Of a DNA stretch of 64,000 nucleotides, positions 34,799 to 46,190 are shown piece by piece (position 1 is the stretch's first letter; every line of letters begins with the position of its first letter). The stretch is from Felis catus (taxonomy: Eukaryota). The DNA lies in NCBI RefSeq assembly GCF_018350175.1, contig NC_058382.1, positions 58,034,001 through 58,098,000 on the forward strand. The letters are read 5' to 3'. The translations under genes and the position numbers were made by a program. A model generated the notes under the pieces. It made no database searches. It was not told where the DNA came from and saw nothing but the letters and a program-made list of their open reading frames with translations.

Positions 34799-37700
34799 GT
34801 AGGCCAGGGCCCGGCGTCTTTCCGCGGGCCAGGCCACCAGCAAGGGCTGCACCTGTCCTCCGCAGAGGGGCCACGGAAATAAATAGTCGGTGGTGGTCTT
34901 TTGCAGTAGATGGCAGGGTTGGGAGCCCCCGCTGCACCACTCCCCCGTCCTGACCCCATGGGGCTTTGCAGGTGTCACGGTCCCCAGTGGCGCGGTGGCT
35001 TGTGTCCCTGTGTGTCTTGGGAGCGGAGAGGTGGTATCGTCTTGGCAGGAGGACCCGTTCTCTCGCCAGGGGCGTGCCGAGCAGAACCTGGGCAGGTGTG
35101 AACACCTGTCCGGCTCAGGTAACCCCATCCGGCTTGGCTGCGGCCCAGCACCGTGTAGGGGGGAAGGCTTCACGGAGTCTAAATATTGAATGAACTGTCA
35201 CTTGAGTCGACGGTAATCACAGCGGGAGCCCAGCGGGGGCATCCTAATGCTCGCCTGCCCCCTGCGATCACGGGGCTCTGCAGGAGGGGACCAAGGCCCC
35301 TGCCCACTGGTGGCCTTCGATGCCTCCACGGGGGCCTAAGGCAGAGGCACATTTCTCCCCTAAGTGTACGGAAAGGTCTCCCACCCGTGTTGCTGTGTGT
35401 CTGTTAAACCACCAGCGTTTACTGAGCACCTACTGTGTGCTCTGAGGATAGCTTGGGAGCAAGACTGGGCCTTTGTGGGGGAGCCTCAGGGAAGGTGGGC
35501 AGCTGGCAGGTGCTGTGGGGGCCGCCCCTCCCGCTGCTGACACCAGGCGTCTGTTCTGATTGGTCAGAACCTGTAGGCACCCCGCCCCTCCCAGGGCTTG
35601 CCCCTGTTCCCGCCTCCAGCTTCTGGAGGGGACGGGCCGGTGTGTGCCAGCAGCCGGCAGCAGGAGCCGGGCAAACCCTCCAGCCTCCTCCCCCTCGGGC
35701 GGCCCAACCCAGGTCCACACGGCCCCCTACGTCCCCAGAGGGATTGAGTCCCCGCGACCCACGGTGTAGCCTCATGAGCAGTAATGTGCCCTCCTGGCTC
35801 CTCCCATTCTTGTCTCACCCCCACCCCCGTGCATCAGGGTTCTGTTCCACCCCAGTCCGGTCTCGGGGTCAGCTTCTGGGGCACCCAAATGCAGACAAGA
35901 GCCCCCATCTTACCAGTTACCAAGCGTCTGAATGTCAACCCAGTGCCGGGGGTCCTGGGGTGATGTGGGCCTGAGCGGAGCCTTTGAAAGGACGCAGAAG
36001 GTTCTAGAAGGCTGAGAAAGAGGTTGGCAGGCCAGGCAGGGAGAATAGCGTCTGCCCAGGTCTGGCGGTGGGGCAGGGCAAAGTTCCAACAGGGCAGGTG
36101 AGTATCCGCACAGAGGCCCTCCCGTGGTGACGCGGCAGGGACCTGCGTCCGGGCGGGCGGGCCACCGTGGGAGGGGGCACCTCTTGCCAGGCCCCGTAGG
36201 AGATCCAGCTCTGGGCAAGCGGTGGCCACCGGAGGGTTTGGCTGCCCCGGGAAGACCAGTCGTGGAGCCGTCCTGGGCCTCCGTTGTACCGTCTGTAGGA
36301 TGCAGGTGACAGCAACGTCTGCTCACGGGGACCGAGCACACGGGTGTGCAAGCACTCGGCGCGGTGGCAGGCTCGGCCGCACGGGCGGAACACGGGCGGT
36401 CACCAGGGGTGCCGGCGAGGCCTCGTGGCACATGGCTTCTCAGCTCCCCTCCCCCCTCCCCGGGGACGCGGGCCCCCCAGGACTGGCTGTTCCTGGGCCG
36501 ACGTTAAGCGACCTTGGGTCTTAATGTTATCACCTCTGATGATCTTGGAAACCGCGCCAACTCCCCAAGCAGCGTGGCTCCCGAGGAGCTTATAAACCAG
36601 GCCTCGTTCTTTAGAGCCGGCGGGGCCGAGGGGGCCCCAGCGCTCACGTGGCGTGTGGCCAAGTGTCTGGTGGCCGTGTCTGTGCTGGGAAAGCCAGGGC
36701 GGCCTGTGGCTCCAATGGGCGCGAGGGGGTCACAGCCGTGGGGCCTGACACCGCCGGTCAACAGAAATCTGTGAGGCAAAGCGCTAGAAAAGTGGACCTC
36801 TGACCTGAGGCTTGTGGTCAGTGGGGCTTGCACACCGGTGGGGCAGCGAGGCAGGAATCCTTGCGGAAGCTTCCAGGTTGAGTGACATCAGACCTCAGGC
36901 TGCAGCAGGCGGGAAGGCGGCTCCTGGGCCCCCTCCGTATCCACCTGACAGCTGGGCCTCCAAGCGTCTCCCCCCTTCCCTGCATCCGGCTGGGGCGGGA
37001 TGGCGTGGGTGCGGCCGCCCCATGAGGTCACTGTGGGGAAGGCTCCTTGGGCACATCCCGTCGGAGTTCTGTGGTTACCACAAACACACGTTCACAGGGG
37101 CCGCAAATGCCAGCCCCGGTGTCCCATTCGCTAGAATAGCGCTGAACCTTGGGCGCTGTGTTTGTGGAGACACCTCGCTGGGTGCCTGGCAAACACAGGG
37201 TGCTTCATAAATGCTTCTTGAGTCGGTGGGCGATCTCTGCCTGCACCCCCGACTCGACCCGCCTCGTCCCCGGGCTTACCACTGGCAAAGCGTGTCGTCG
37301 ACGCCACCTCTGACTCATCTCTCCTTCCGGGCTGTGTTCTTTGAAAAAAAAAATTACAGGTTCCGGGATGGATAATGACAGGCTCCAGCTTTGCAGAGGA
37401 AAAATCCGTCTGGGAAACTGTAAATAAGGCAACAGGGAGAACCAGTCCGGGCCGGCGGGTCCATTTTGCTGTCGTTTCGGGCCCCGGGGCCTCCGGAGGG
37501 GCCTGGGTCGAGAGTAGAGTGGGCGACTCCCCCCCCTCCCCCACCCCCACCCCCACGCAGGGCCCTGATCTCCCACAGACGGAGCGGACGCCCGGCATGT
37601 GGATGGCCCAGCAGACGTGTGTCACTCGGGGGCTCTTGGGGGAGCACAGGCCGCGGTTCCTCCGCCAGGATGCTGCCCCCATGAGGCGCCTCTGAGGCTG

Positions 37701-37887
37701 GGAGCCGGGTGTCAGAGATGCTCGCCTGAACTCGAGAACTCAGAGTCAGGGCTGGACAGGGCGGGCTGCGCGGTGCCACGTGGCCCTGGAAGATGCACAT
37801 CGGATCGCAACATCCTTGCATCCAAAGCACCCAGAGTCTGCGTTGACCCGCGTGGCTTCCCGCACGAAAGGAGAGCCCTGCCCCGGG

Positions 37888-38294
37888 TGTAGGAGTGCCC
37901 CACGTGGCCCTGACAAATGAGCACAGACTGGGAGGCTTACCAGAAATGTTTTCTCCCTTAGCTCTGGACATCAGAAGCCCCCGTTCGGTCCCGGGGCGGG
38001 GGGGGGGGGGGGGGGAGGACCTTCCTACCTCTTCCAGGGCTTAGCGGCCCTAGGCGTCCCTTGGCCTGTGGCCACGTCCTTCCAGTCTCTGCCTCGGCTT
38101 CCGCCTGGCCGCCTCTGTGTCTGTGTCCTCTCCCCTTCTCATTAAGACACTTTCACTGAATTGGGGCCTGCCCTAATCCGGTGTGATCTCACGTCAACTA
38201 ATTATATCTGCAAAGACCCTACTTCCGGATAAAGTCACATCCTGAGGTCCCAGGGGGACGTGACTTGCTGGGGGATGCTGTTGAACTCAGTACA
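37888..38294 (-). mobile_element. MLT1B/C solo LTR
   Basis: TGT...ACA ends; TTATATCTGCAAAGACCCTACTTCCGGATAAAGTCACATCCTGAGG; a G18 run has expanded inside it. Confidence 0.9.
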
Positions 38295-38369
38295 CTCAGC
38301 CCACCGAAATGTGACGTGACCCCTCAGCTGGCTCTCTCGCTTCCTTTCTCCCCACGCTCCCCCACGACC

Positions 38370-38625
38370 GAGGTGCTTGTGCCTCAGGGCCTTTGCACTG
38401 CCGGTCCTCCTGCCAGGAAGGTACTCAGAGCTCCCTTCCTCACCTTCCTCAGGAGTTGGCCCTCCCAGAAACCTTCTCGTGTGTCACAAATTCATTGTCA
38501 GTCTTGTCCTTTCTAGGAGTCCAGAGGACGAGGGACCCTGTCTGTCCTGTTCACAGCTGTATTCCCAGCTCCTAGAACAGTTCCTGGCACTTAGTACGTG
38601 CTCAGCTAATCTGTAGCCTGATGAA
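38370..38625 (+). mobile_element. L2 3' end
   Basis: GCCTCAGGGCCTTTGCACT; TGTTCACAGCTGTATTCCCAGCTCCTAGAACAGTTCCTGGCAC. Confidence 0.85.
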
Positions 38626-38688
38626 GGCTTACGTAGTTCGTGCTCAGGCTTTATGGGATACCAAAGGGTCCTTAAAATGGTGTATTCA

Positions 38689-38917
38689 GGGGCGTCTGGG
38701 TGACTCAGTTGGTTAAGCGGCCGACTTCGGCTCAGGTCATGATCTCACGGTTCGTGGGCTCTGCGTTGGGCTCTGTGCTGACAGTGTGGAGCCTGCTTGG
38801 GATTCTCCCCCCCACCTCCACCCCTGCTCTCCGCCCCTCCCCAACTTGTGCACACACGTGCCCTCTCTCTGTCTCACTCTCTCAAAATAAATAAACTTTA
38901 AAAAAAAAAAAAAAAAA
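38689..38917 (+). mobile_element. CanSINE
   Basis: GGGGCGTCTGGGTGACTCAGTTGGTTAAGCG head, poly-A; GTATTCAG duplicated on both flanks. Confidence 0.95.
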
Positions 38918-39629
38918 CGTATTCAGCAGCTTGACCTCAGGGGCCTCGGGCCAGGGGGGAAAGGGAGGGGAAGCCAGGAGGTCAACTCCTTGCACCCCGC
39001 CCCCTTGCAGTGCCTCAACTAGCCTACCCGAATCTGTTTTGTGTATTTGTTATTTGAAAGTGGGGGGGGGGGTGACAAATTCTACTGCGTGTAGCTGGTT
39101 GAATTCCAGTCTAGACCAACAGCCCCACTTTTCAGATGAGGACGGGGCGGGCGGAGCAGGGACATGCCCGGTCCGGTTGGGGGAGAGCCAGGTTGGGGGA
39201 GAGCCAGCCGTGTGTCTGTGACACCAGGGCGGGGTCCCCGTCTGGGCCTGACTGCGGCCCCTCCCTCCCCAGGCGGCTGCGGGGGACTCAGCAGCTCAGA
39301 GCCGGCACCAGGCTTGGGTGGGAAGGCGGCCGGGGCTCTGCACCCAGCAGCTTGGAGGTCAGAAGGCCTAGGTGGAACGGACCCTCCCAGCCTCCCAGAG
39401 CACAGCGTCAGTTTCCAAGTTCAACACTGCCGTCCTCCAGAGGCCAGCTCAGTGTCACGGGGCACACTTCCAGGAAACAGAGCATCCCCAGCCGTCGCTG
39501 GCGGCCAGTCGCGGTCTGATAGCGCCTGATGGGTCAGCGCCCTGGAAGCCAGGGGCGGGGGGCTGGCTGTGGCTTTGGGCGGGGGGGCGGGGAGCAGCCC
39601 ACCCAGAGTGGCCAAGAACTCCCTGAGCT

Positions 39630-39775
39630 TTCTGGAAACAGTGTAACCGGCCACACTGTTTGCGCTGCCAAACCCTATTGCTAAGAAAAATAAATACATA
39701 AACCTAATCAGAGGTGAATTTGCCACATGCAGGGACCAGTGGACTGTTTACACTGTCGCCTTGCCATTAGCCAGC
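39630..39775. promoter_or_regulatory. Candidate enhancer
   Basis: 9-bp inverted repeat, AAAAATAAATACATAAACCTAATCA, TGTTTAC 39745. Confidence 0.45.
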
Positions 39776-40433
39776 GTCCATGGGGGTCGGCTGGGTCCAA
39801 GCCCCGGGGCCCTGGGGACGTCGTTCTGGGCCCCCCAAGGGCTCCAACAGGCAAGGGCTGTTATCTCCACTTGTCATTTGAGGATAGAAACCAAGGCTCG
39901 GCCAACAGGTGGGGTCGCGGCTGGTGAGAGACCCCCCAAGGACTGGGCCCCCGCCGCCTCCGGAATAGCCGTCGAAAGGGAAAACAGAACAGGGCGCCAT
40001 TGTTTGTGGCCTCCAAGCACTTGTGGTTCACGGTGGAGACAGGACCTCGGAGGACCGCCTGGGACTCTGAGCGCCACGGTCTCCAGACCAAAAATGAGGT
40101 CCGTGGTCCAACAGGGCAATTCTGTGCCATCGCCAAGGGGGAGACGCGGTCTGAGAGACAGCGTGCAGTGCCAAAGACTCGGCATTTCTGGAACCTTCCG
40201 ATGGTAGGTGGGGACCACGGGAGAGCGGGATCGGATCCCCTGCCTGCTTCCACTGCCCTTAGAAAAGGTGAAAGCTTAGAGGTCAAGCGGGCCCTGGAAG
40301 ACCAGAACTTTCAAATCAGATTCTCCGGAGGCCGTCAGGCTGAGCCAGCTTCTGTACATTTGAAAACGTTACATTTTATGATACAAATTATATCTCAGTT
40401 TTTTTTGTTTTTGTTTTTGTTTTTTAAAGCGTA

Positions 40434-40632
40434 GGGGCGCCTGGGTGGCTCAGTTGGCTGGGCGTCTGACTCTTGGTTTTGGCTCAGGTCATGATCACAC
40501 GGTTCCTGGGTTCGAGCCCCACATCGGGCTTTGTGCCGACAGCTCAGAGCCTGGAGCCTGCTTGGGATTCTGTGTCTCCCTCTCTCTCTGTCTCTCAAAA
40601 TAAATAAGTGAACATTAAATAAGTAAATAAAA
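40434..40632 (+). mobile_element. CanSINE just after a short L1M 3' end (about 40350-40398)
   Basis: GGGGCGCCTGGGTGGCTCAGTTGG head, GAGCCTGGAGCCTGCTTGGGATTC, A-rich tail. Confidence 0.95.
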
Positions 40633-40952
40633 CTGCAAAAGCTTTGCTGGCAAGGGCATGCTTTGGGCCTGGCCTGTGGCCCTCTTTCTTTGTGTTCCTC
40701 GCTGCTTTGACCTCTCGGGGCTCACTCTCGTCACCATCATGGTTTTCAGGTCAAAAACTGGGTCCTGTGGATTTGGCAAAGGGTATCTTCTCCTTGTTTT
40801 TTAGAACTACATTCGCGTGAAGATTTTCCCAGGCACAGAAAAATGGCCTGACAGTTTGCGCTTACCGTCTCTCCATTGGAAAAAGTACATTTTCTGGAAC
40901 CAGGGCCCTCCTGGCCTTGCCGGGATGTGGGACCCTCGCAGCCACTGGGAGG

Positions 40953-41075
40953 GGCAGGAGGGCACAGTGGTTAAGGGTGAGGACTCTGGAGCCGGTGGCC
41001 CAGTCTGAGTCCCGCCACACGTCTTCTTGGGTAGTCTCTCTGTGCCTCGGTTTTCTCATCTGTAAAATGAGGATG
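40953..41075 (+). mobile_element. MIR with tRNA-derived head
   Basis: CAGTGGTTAAG...CTCTGGAGCC...CTCTCTGTGCCTCGGTTTTCTCATCTGTAAAATG. Confidence 0.88.
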
Positions 41076-42724
41076 AGTGCTGTTGGGATGACGGGTCCCC
41101 TGGCCCTTGCCACGCAGGTGGGGGAACTGAAACCCCCAGAGAGGGGAATTCTCAGGTCACAGACTTTCTCCTGCCGCGCATTAGATTACTGGAAGGATGT
41201 CATCTTTATTGTTGGGACCCCCCCCCCTTCGCCTCTCAAATCCCTGGATCCCTGGCCACACCTGAATCCCGCCGACCCCCCAGGCCAGGGAAGTAGGGCA
41301 GCAGACCGAGCTCCCTTGTGGTGGCCACGCTGTCACCCCCTCCTCTCCCCAACCAAGCCCCCAGGAAGGGGAAGCCGCGGAGGTTCTGGCCTGGGTGGCA
41401 TCCTGTACCCCGGGGGGGGGGGGGGGGGGGGGGGAGGCCTGGAGGGCCCGGCTTCCTGTTCCCCTTCTGGGGGCGTCTCCGAGCTGCAGGCAGAGCCGGC
41501 TGAGCCAGATAAAGGCCCAGCGGGGGCCCTCTCCCAACAAAGGAAGCCCGAGGAGGCCTTTTCTCTCCCGCCTAAACTCTCCAAACGCCTTTCAAGCTCC
41601 CCAGCAGACTGGCGGGCTATTCAGAGGCGAGGCGGGGGACGTAACTACCGCACAAATGGGGTGGGAGGCGCCTCTGCCTTCCAGCAACCCAGAGGCAGAC
41701 CCATTGATTTTTAAAAGGAAACAAACAAAAACCCCCATGATCTAGAATATTCTTTTCAGAGTGCGGGGCCCCTTTCTGGGTTCTGCAGGGTGCGTACCGG
41801 GGAGGGGACTGGAGAGACAAGATGGGCCTGGGGGGGGGCCCTGCCCTGCCCCGCCCCCCTGCCGTGCCTGTCCCCCCTCCCCCTCCTCGGGATCCTTGAG
41901 CCTGTCCTGTGATTTACGAGGCCTGCCACCGGCCCCCGTGCAGCTGGCTGTGCCTTCTGGGGCCTCAGCTCCACCCAGTCCCCTGTGCTGATTGGATGGA
42001 CGGAGGACGGAGGCGACCGTCCAGACCAGCTGGCCGCTGTCTGCCCGCAGCCTCCAACTAGGAGACGCTGGGTCTGCAGGAGGTCGCCCATGGCCTCCAG
42101 GATTGGAACCTTCCAGTGGGGCTCGCATTCAGTGGGTCATTGCCCCAACCCCTGGTGGAGCCAGAGGCGGTGGGGGGAGCACCTCTGTTTGATGTTTGCA
42201 CTCTGCCCTCTGCCCCTGCTCCTCCCTGCAGCGCCTGGGGCTCCCCGGAGAGGGCTGTGGGCACCACCCTTGACCCTCCAGCAAAGTTCAGCTCTTCTGC
42301 ACACCAGCTTCCCATCTGGAACATGGGGGCCAGTGCTCGCTGCCTGCCTCCCAGGACTGTCGTGTGAGATCAGTCCAGAAAGTGCCTGCATCTACCAGTC
42401 TCCGCTCCCCTGGGGCCACAGTAGGGGTGCTGTGAGGGCGTTGGCTTGGAGAGGTAAAGCCCCAGAACAGCCTGGGCTCCCACGGGTGCTGGTAAATGCT
42501 AGCCCTGGTGCCCTGCCGGCTCGGGGGACACGGAGTGGCCTGCAGGACACCAGTCAATCCCCGGCACACGCTGCCCCCCCCCCCGCCCCTCCCCCTGCCC
42601 CGGGCCTCCGACTCCGCTGGGCTGTTGGGCGCCTCCTGGCAGGGCTGAAGCCTGCTCGGTAACGAGCCCCTGGGGCGCCGCAGGGCGCCTGGGAGAGGGC
42701 AGGAGAAGGTTCGCTGGTGCCGAG

Positions 42725-42885
42725 GCTCATTAAGCACTGCTGTTCAGATGGGGATTAGGCGGGAGCCAGCCCGCGATTCCTTGGGTTTGGTTATTAAAGG
42801 CTCCGTGCAAGGTAAACACCAGGCGCTTCCTTTCAAAGCCGCACCTGCTAATTAGAGGGCAGGGAACTCATTAAAACAGTAACTC
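42725..42885. promoter_or_regulatory. Candidate enhancer (K50 homeodomain, FOX, TCF/LEF)
   Basis: GGATTA 42752, GTAAACA 42812, TTCAAAG 42832, CTAATTAG 42848, two CATTAA. Confidence 0.5.
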
Positions 42886-43144
42886 CGAGGACTGCCTGGG
42901 AAGGAGGGCTGGGGAGTGGGGGCTGAGCAGGGGAGAACCTGGAGCACAGCCGGCTCCCTCTCCCCCCCCATGGTGGGCGGGGCCAGGCTCCAGAGGCAGG
43001 TGCAGAGCCCTTTCCGTAGGGGCTTGGCGGGCCCTCTGGCCCTCACCTGCCGGTATCCCCGGTTGCCTTGGTGGGCTCATGGGGTCCCACGTGTTCTTCC
43101 TGTGACGGGGGGTGTGGGGGGGGTGACAGTCATTAAACGCGTGC

Positions 43145-43565
43145 TGCGCTCGGCTGAATCACGGTCCCCGAGATGTCCGTGTTCTAACCCACGGAACCTG
43201 GCCCGCGTGACCGCCTATAGCAGGGGAATGTTGCAATTGTGCTTAAGTTCAGGACAGGGGACAGGGAGGTGGTCCTGGATGATCCGCGTGGGACCAGTGT
43301 CCTCACAGGGTCCTTACGAGAGGGAGGTGGAGGGATGCTTCAGAAGAGGAAGTAGGACGCGGGAGATCAGACGGGGCTGGAGGAGGCGATCAGGGGCCGG
43401 CAGCCCAGGAGCCGGGACACCTTGGACTCGGGAGAGACGGGGAGAGCCGCTCCCTGGAGCCTCCAGAAGGAGCCAGCCCTGCTGATACCTTGACTTGAGC
43501 CCCGCGAGGCCCCGTGTTAGACGTCTGACCTCCGAACTGTGGGGGGAGTGAGTTGTGTCGGGGGA
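43145..43565 (+). mobile_element. MLT1D-like LTR
   Basis: AGATGTCCGTGTTCTAACCCACGGAACCTG; GAGCCTCCAGAAGGAGCCAGCCCTGCTGATACCTTGA; TCTGACCTCCGAACTGT. Confidence 0.88.
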
Positions 43566-43880
43566 AGGCATGAAGTGTGTTTCATAATGTGAAAAATATT
43601 TCACAATTTAAAGTGTTTTTCAATAACGTGTGTCTCGTCCCAAAGTCCGCTCCCTGTTTCGGGCTCCTCCTGCTCCTTTTTGGCAAATATCTGTGGCCTG
43701 TGGCCAGACCTTCCCTGTGCTTGGACTGGGCCATGGGGAACTATGGCCAAGGGGAGGACGTTCTAGTCTCCCTGCTCAAGGCACATGGGAGCCAGTAAGG
43801 CCCACATTTCCCAGCCTGGTTATGGGGCGGGAATGAATGGGACCAACCCGACGAGGAATCCGAGAGACCACATTTATGCG

Positions 43881-43942
43881 CTGCTGTGTGACCTTGGGCA
43901 AGACACCTACCCTCTCTGAGCTCAGGCTCCTCGCTCGTGGAC
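43881..43942 (+). mobile_element. MIR fragment
   Basis: GCTGTGTGACCTTGGGCAAGACACCTACCCTCTCTGAGC. Confidence 0.8.
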
Positions 43943-44519
43943 CATAAAAAACCACTTCTGATCTTTGCGGCTCCCTTAAAGACGTAGAGCCCATTCCGGG
44001 CTGGGGGGGGGGGGGGCGGGCCTAGGGCCTCCTGCTCAGGTGGACGCGGAGACATTTAACGAGTCCGTGTGTGGGGCACCAGGACCTCTGGATGAAAGGA
44101 GTGTGGACTCCTGACTCACCTTTATGGCCATTCTGTGCCTTCCGGGGGCTTCCCGCTTTGGCGTGGAGCTGGGGCCGCAGGTCCGGTTTGGCTGGGTTTG
44201 GCTGCCTCTCGGGAGCCGGGGCTCCAGACCCGTGACCCCAGGGGCAGCCTGGTCCACAGAGTGGGGTCCCATGCGGCCAGTGGGGCACAGGCAGGAAAAA
44301 GCCACGGGAATGTCGTCTTCTAGGTGCGTGTGGCCCTGCTGGGAGAGGGGACTGCCGCTCAGTGTGGTCCCACCGGGCCCCGCTTTCCAGAAGGGACAGC
44401 AGGGGCTCCCAGAGGTGACGTGGCTTCCCTGAGGTCACAGTGCGGTTCACAGCCAGCTCTGCGGGCTTCCAAAGCTGGAGCTCTGGATTAATATGATTAA
44501 ACGTCCTCTCCTGTTTGTA

Positions 44520-44882
44520 CCTGCCCTGCCCTGCCCTCTCCTGTGCTCTCCTTCTCTGTCCTTTCCTCCCCTGCCCTGCCCTCCCCGCTCCCCTCTCCTG
44601 CCCTCTCCTGCCCTCTCTTCTTCTCCCCTCTCCTCCCCTGCCTTCTCCTGCCTTCCCCTGCCCTCCCTTCCTCTCCCCTCCCCTGCCCTTCTTTTCCCTC
44701 CCCCCCCTGCCCTCCCCTGTCCTCTCCTCCCCTCCACTCCCCTTCCTTGCCTCCCCTGCCCCACCCTCTCCTGCCTTCCCCTGCCCTCCCCTGCCTTCCC
44801 CTGCCCTCTCCTGCCCTTCTTTTCCCTCCCCTGCCCTGCCCTGCCCTCCCCTCCCCTGTCCTTTCCTCTCCTGCCCTCCCCA
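44520..44882. repeat. ~360-bp polypyrimidine low-complexity tract (CCCTG / CTCCC / CCTTC units)
   Basis: Almost no A on the + strand. Confidence 0.95.
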
Positions 44883-45229
44883 CCCTTCTGCTTCTGTAGG
44901 CCGCAGTGAGACCAGGGCCTTGCTGTGTCCTGACTGGTAAACACAAGCCCTCTTCAGTAGTGAGGGGAAGGAGCGTTTGCTCCCACAGCCTATTTAGTTA
45001 TTTATGTGGAAACGCCTGATTCGGCCTCCTGTCTGTGCCTCTCTCAGAAACCCCATCTCTCCTTCAAGAGGCCATTCTTGACTTCTGTTCACCACCAACG
45101 CCCCCCCCCCCCGCCGGGTACCCCCAGCCTCGGCAACTTCCCTCTTCCCCCCACCCCCAGTCCCCTCCCCTCCCTCCTAGCGTTTACGGGATGGGCTCAG
45201 GCCTGGCAGCCTGCGGTGAGCCTCTGAGT

Positions 45230-45332
45230 CCCCCCAGAGACCCCAGTAAAGATCAGGTTGTGCTCCAGGGCCGGGGGACCTGGGAATCTGCATTTCTAGC
45301 AAGTTCCCAGCGTGAGGCTTTCAGCCTGGTCC
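45230..45332. mobile_element. MER5-family fragment
   Basis: GGGAATCTGCATTTCTAGCAAGTTCCCAG. Confidence 0.6.
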
Positions 45333-46180
45333 TCACCTGTATTTGCTCTCAGAGGCCACCGGCGGCTTCTGGTGGCTGTTAGTGACCCTAAAAGCTAGTG
45401 ACCAATTCTCGGTCTGTGCTGTCCCCCCGTCGCCCCCAGTTATGTCCCGGCAGCCTTTCTCCCTTCTATAAGCCCCTGAACCGGGCAGTTCCCACCAGAC
45501 GAGCGGAAACGGAGGGAGAGGGGTGTGAAGGTGCAACCCCTGAGCAGGGACTGACTGGCTTAGTGATGGCGGGGCCGGCCGGCCGGGGGAGGGCGGGCAG
45601 GGGGGGGCAGGATCTGCAGGTGCCCGGCTGCGGCCTCCTCCAGGGCAGCCTCAGCTGTTCTCGGGGCTTCTGGCTGAATGAGCCAGGGCCACACAGATCA
45701 TCCAGAACCGTCTCCTTACTGAGGGTCACCTCCGCCTGGACCGCAGTCACGTCGGTCGGACACGTTGCCCGCAGCACGGACAGGTGTTCGGCTCGCGTGG
45801 GCCGCACGTGGGCGGGAGGGGGGCCACCCCTCCATCTGCCTCCCGAGCTGCCCGGGATCCAGCTCCTTCTCTCCCTCGTGCCCTCCCGGCTCCCCTGGGC
45901 CTTGCCTGTCACTGACCCAGCTGCTTCCTTCACCTCCGGGTCTGTCCTTGCCCACAGACACAGCGATGTGTGGGGCCAGCCCCACACCACTGTCCGGGCG
46001 CTGGGCGCAGGCCGGCCTGTCACCCCCAGGCCGGCCCCTCAAGGCCGCAGGCCCCCTACGGAGTCGGGCGGGAGGAGGGCAGAGCTCAGGGGCGGGAGCA
46101 GGGGGAGGGGGGGCTCCTGTCTCAGTGTCGTTTCCAGGGAGGCAAGCGGGAGAGTTCAATCCGCTTTTTAATAAATGAGT

Positions 46181-46190
46181 CCTTTGATCT
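46181..46190. promoter_or_regulatory. Optimal TCF/LEF site
   Basis: CCTTTGATCT (reverse complement AGATCAAAGG), next to TTTTTAATAAATGAG. Confidence 0.45.

Noticed and set aside
36095..36103. Consensus donor CAG/GTGAGT
   Set aside because: No convincing upstream acceptor or promoter; isolated consensus donors occur by chance
44447..44946. Gly/Arg-rich and Pro/Leu-rich ORFs
   Set aside because: Translations of the polypyrimidine tract
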